Shown here piece by piece: positions 60,800 through 64,000 of a DNA stretch of 64,000 nucleotides (position 1 is the stretch's first letter; each line of letters starts with the position of its first letter). The stretch is from an uncultured Methanosarcinaceae archaeon (GTDB lineage: Archaea > Halobacteriota > Methanosarcinia > Methanosarcinales > Methanosarcinaceae). A program made the translations under genes and the position numbers. The notes below the pieces were generated by a model that saw nothing but the letters and a program-made list of their open reading frames with translations, was not told where the DNA came from and ran no database searches. The stretch lies in contig CAWJYV010000008.1 in NCBI GenBank assembly GCA_963847185.1, positions 864,001 to 928,000 on the forward strand, in the 5' to 3' direction.

Positions 60800-62683
60800 G
60801 TGGAAAAATTGAATCCTAAACTTGAACTTCTACCGCTCCATAAGCTTGGAGCCAGGGAAGATGAAAAGAGTTCCGGGGTTATCAACTTCGGACTCTTATT
60901 GCCAGGAATATCGGCGGAAGATGGTAATAAGCTCTGGGTGAAGGTTATTCATGAAAAGGATCAGTTCCTTCAAGATATCTTGCCCATGAATTTTGAAATG
61001 GAATATTCTGAGGACCTCGACTATGGAGATTACTGGTCTGCAACTGTGAAAATCAAATCAGGAGACAGGCTAAATCCAGATTCTGCCTGGGGGTCTCTAG
61101 GAAAATATGTTTATCGATACTGCCTTAAAAATCCGAAAATGGGCTTTATTGACTGGATCATCGATCCCTTTGCCAGAGAATTCGGGGTTGGAAAATTATC
61201 AGCTATCACCATGGGATATAAACCATATAAATGGAGCAAAAATGAGCTGATATGGAAAACTCCCTTTATAAATGACCTTGTTCTCTACGAACTCATGATA
61301 AATGAGTTTGCGGGTGATATAGAGGGGACAATTGCCAACCTGGATTACCTTTCAGATCTGGGAATTAATTGCATAGAACTCATGCCTCTTTCCAACGTTG
61401 GGAAAAGGGTAGATTGGGGATATGAGCCAATAGGATATTTTGGTGTTGATGAACGTTTTGGAAATAGAAAAGATGTGCAAAAGTTGATTGATGCGGCCCA
61501 CCAGAGAGATATTGCAGTAATAGTTGATTCCGTTTATGCGCATACAAGTTGCCTTTTTACGTATTATTATGTTTACAATGAACTCGGCTGGCCAATCGAT
61601 GTAAACCCATTTATGGGGCCGTTCGCTAATAACGCCTTTGGAATAAGTACGGACTTCAGTCATAAGTTTACCCGTGACTTCTTTTTGACAGTCAATAACC
61701 ACTGGCTTGACTGCTATCACATAGATGGTTTTAGATATGATTATGCTCCCGGGTACTGGCTGGAAGATTCAGAAAACGGATATACAAAGTTGGTAAAGGA
61801 CACTTACCAGCTGGTCAAAGCAAAAAAAGGTTCTTCAGATCACTGGAAACGTTTTTTTGGAGGCGAGTCCATAAACCTCATCCAGTGTGCCGAATACCTT
61901 CCCGACCCTCCTGAAATACTTGAAAAAACATATAGTAACTGTACCTGGCAAAACGGAACCCTGAATACTGTCAGGGAAGTAGCTGGTAATCCTGGCAGGT
62001 TGACTGACTTAGGCTTCCTTTTTAGTCTCCTTAAATGGCCGGCAGAAGTTCCAAATAGCGAAGACGGATTAGTAAAAAACGTTCTGCAATATCTGGAAAA
62101 TCACGATCATTCTCGATTTATCTGTAATTTTGGAATAATTTGCAGTGATAATGAACTGTTAAAGGAAGGCAACCGCTCCCTCTGGTATAAGGTACAACCT
62201 TATTTAATAGGGCTGTTCACAGCAAAGGGCATTCCCATGTTGTGGCAGGGGCAGGAGTTTGGAGAAAATTACTGCCTTCCTCAGGAAGGATGGGGAAGAG
62301 TTCTTTTTTACAGACCTGTGCGCTGGGAATACTTTTATACTTCAGAAGGCAGTTCTCTGGTCAGCCTTGTAAGGAAACTGGTTAAACTTCGAAGAAATAA
62401 CCTTCAGTTTTCCAGAGGAGATCACTACTTCTACAATGATTATGCCCTCTATCAGTCCAGGGGTGTAATGCTGTTTTCCCGGAGTTACGGCAAGAAGGTT
62501 TTTAGCCTGGTCGCACTAAACTTCGAAGACCGGGATCAAACAGTATATTTCAAGTTTCCCCTGGGAGGCAATTACAGGGAAGAACTTCACGGCCTGGATA
62601 ATTTAAAGGGAGTTTCCGAAGGAGAGGAAGTGCAGCTTACTGTCCCCGGCAACTATGGAAAGATCTGGACACTGGAAGTTTAA
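60800..62683 (+). CDS. GH13 alpha-amylase family enzyme (branching-enzyme/TreZ-like)
   Basis: IDPFA, LYEL, IELMP, DWGY, DGFRYD, AE, ENHD catalytic regions. Confidence 0.85.
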   Translation: MEKLNPKLELLPLHKLGAREDEKSSGVINFGLLLPGISAEDGNKLWVKVIHEKDQFLQDILPMNFEMEYSEDLDYGDYWSATVKIKSGDRLNPDSAWGSLGKYVYRYCLKNPKMGFIDWIIDPFAREFGVGKLSAITMGYKPYKWSKNELIWKTPFINDLVLYELMINEFAGDIEGTIANLDYLSDLGINCIELMPLSNVGKRVDWGYEPIGYFGVDERFGNRKDVQKLIDAAHQRDIAVIVDSVYAHTSCLFTYYYVYNELGWPIDVNPFMGPFANNAFGISTDFSHKFTRDFFLTVNNHWLDCYHIDGFRYDYAPGYWLEDSENGYTKLVKDTYQLVKAKKGSSDHWKRFFGGESINLIQCAEYLPDPPEILEKTYSNCTWQNGTLNTVREVAGNPGRLTDLGFLFSLLKWPAEVPNSEDGLVKNVLQYLENHDHSRFICNFGIICSDNELLKEGNRSLWYKVQPYLIGLFTAKGIPMLWQGQEFGENYCLPQEGWGRVLFYRPVRWEYFYTSEGSSLVSLVRKLVKLRRNNLQFSRGDHYFYNDYALYQSRGVMLFSRSYGKKVFSLVALNFEDRDQTVYFKFPLGGNYREELHGLDNLKGVSEGEEVQLTVPGNYGKIWTLEV

Positions 62684-62848
62684 TTCTTTTACTTATACAG
62701 TATCTTTCGGAACATGGAGGTTCAGGTTAAACACTTTGAGTTCAGTATTATTTTTTTGGCACTTTTCATTTTTTTGGTACTTTTCATGTGGCTGGTACTT
62801 TTCAGGTAGGAATCAATAAATATCTCCTCTGGTATTACTGAGTTCAGT

Positions 62849-63766
62849 ATGCTTCGAATAATTTTTCTCGGCACCGGAGGATCTCTTCCGACCCGTAACA
62901 GAAATCCATCCGCAGTGCTGGTAAACAGGAAAGGGGAGCTTATTCTGTTTGACTGCGGCGAAGGCACCCAGCAGCAGATGATGCGGGCAAAAACCGGGAT
63001 GATGAGCCTGTCTTCTATTTTTATCAGTCATTTCCATGCGGATCATTTCCTGGGGATCCCAGGGCTTATCCAGACTATGTCTTTCATGGGCAGAAAAGAG
63101 TCTCTTACAATCTATGGCCCTGAGAATACAAGGGAATTCACCGAGCTTTTCAAGGCCCTTGGATACTTCAACCTTAAATATGAAATTCGGGGCATTTCAT
63201 TAAAACCCGGAGAGGTCGTAGAAAAAGACGAATATGTAATTCAGGCCTTAGAGACGGAGCACAGTATTCCGAGTTTTGGGTATGCTCTTATCGAGAATCC
63301 AAGGCCCGGACGTTTCAACAGAGAAAAAGCAATAGAACTTGGAATCCCTCCAGGCCCTCTTTTTTCAAAACTGCAAAAAGGAAACTCTGTAAAGATTGAT
63401 GGAAAACTCGTGAGGCCTGAGGATGTAATGGGAGCCTCAAGACCAGGAAGAACTATTGTATATAGTGGGGATACCAGACCCTGCAAATCCGTGCTCGAAG
63501 CCAGCAGGGATGCCGATCTCCTGATTCATGACGGAAGCTTTGCAGATGAGATGGCAGAATGGGCTGAAGAATCCAAACATTCGACTGCCGGAGAGGTTGC
63601 AGCCCTTGCAAAGGAATCAGGAGTCCGAAAATTGGTCCTTACTCATATAAGCTCCCGCTACACCGATGATGCAGGGCCTATACTGGATGACTCAAAAAAG
63701 ATATTTGAAAACGTAATCGTAGCCGAAGACCTGATGGAAATCGAAATCCCGTACAGGTCGGAGTGA
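62849..63766 (+). CDS. rnz: Ribonuclease Z
   Basis: FLGTGG, DCGEGTQ, HFHADH, GIPPGP exosite, SGDT, THISSRY. Confidence 0.96.
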   Translation: MLRIIFLGTGGSLPTRNRNPSAVLVNRKGELILFDCGEGTQQQMMRAKTGMMSLSSIFISHFHADHFLGIPGLIQTMSFMGRKESLTIYGPENTREFTELFKALGYFNLKYEIRGISLKPGEVVEKDEYVIQALETEHSIPSFGYALIENPRPGRFNREKAIELGIPPGPLFSKLQKGNSVKIDGKLVRPEDVMGASRPGRTIVYSGDTRPCKSVLEASRDADLLIHDGSFADEMAEWAEESKHSTAGEVAALAKESGVRKLVLTHISSRYTDDAGPILDDSKKIFENVIVAEDLMEIEIPYRSE

Positions 63767-63885
63767 AGCTAAATTGTTAGCCTCTAGTCTTCGCAAATGG
63801 AGTTTTTGATTTTTATCTTTAACTTTTCAAAAGTGAAGCTTCAAATTTTAATCTCCAATCTTTTTAAAGTAAAGGAATAAACTAA

Positions 63886-63950
63886 CCTGAAGAAATTAGA
63901 AGAACAAACTTGCCTGAAGAAATTGGAGAAATAGACTGGCCTGAAGCAAG
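63886..63950. repeat. 27-bp tandem repeat starting CCTGAAGAAATT (about 2.4 copies)
   Basis: Read directly from the sequence. Confidence 0.7.
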
Positions 63951-64000
63951 TAACTTAAAATAAGTTAAAAATATCAGAAAAGTACGAAGTAATTTTACTG

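Overview
A 64-kb stretch of a methanogenic archaeal chromosome, most likely Methanosarcina, judged from hdrA1C1B1, ahbC, the AT-rich spacers and the GGAGG/GGTGA ribosome-binding sites. Left part: lipid and glycan genes, three FKBP PPIases, tRNA-Ala and two tRNA-Ile genes, two paralogous wHTH regulators divergent from hdrACB, a homoaconitase large subunit, a 2-oxoacid:ferredoxin oxidoreductase and hmgA. Centre: a ~25-kb chemotaxis/archaellum locus with three soluble PAS-PAS chemoreceptors, cheW-F-Y-B-A-C-D-R, two duplicated archaellin pairs, flaCDE-like/G/F/H/I/J and an unknown membrane-anchored protein. Right part: valS, an uncharacterised kinase/HAD/HAD/CheY cluster, a Moco oxidoreductase lipoprotein, ahbC-hemD-cobA, a GH13 enzyme and rnz. 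Most notable: (i) a dispersed multi-hairpin repeat with compensatory base changes at four loci; (ii) a cheB split by a +1 frameshift; (iii) two separately promoted A-B archaellin cassettes, all lacking N-glycosylation sequons; (iv) a Cys-rich CheD extension and an amphipathic CheA insert; (v) probable CTG and ATA start codons; (vi) an unannotated 55-aa membrane ORF. All calls were made by eye; no database searches were run.
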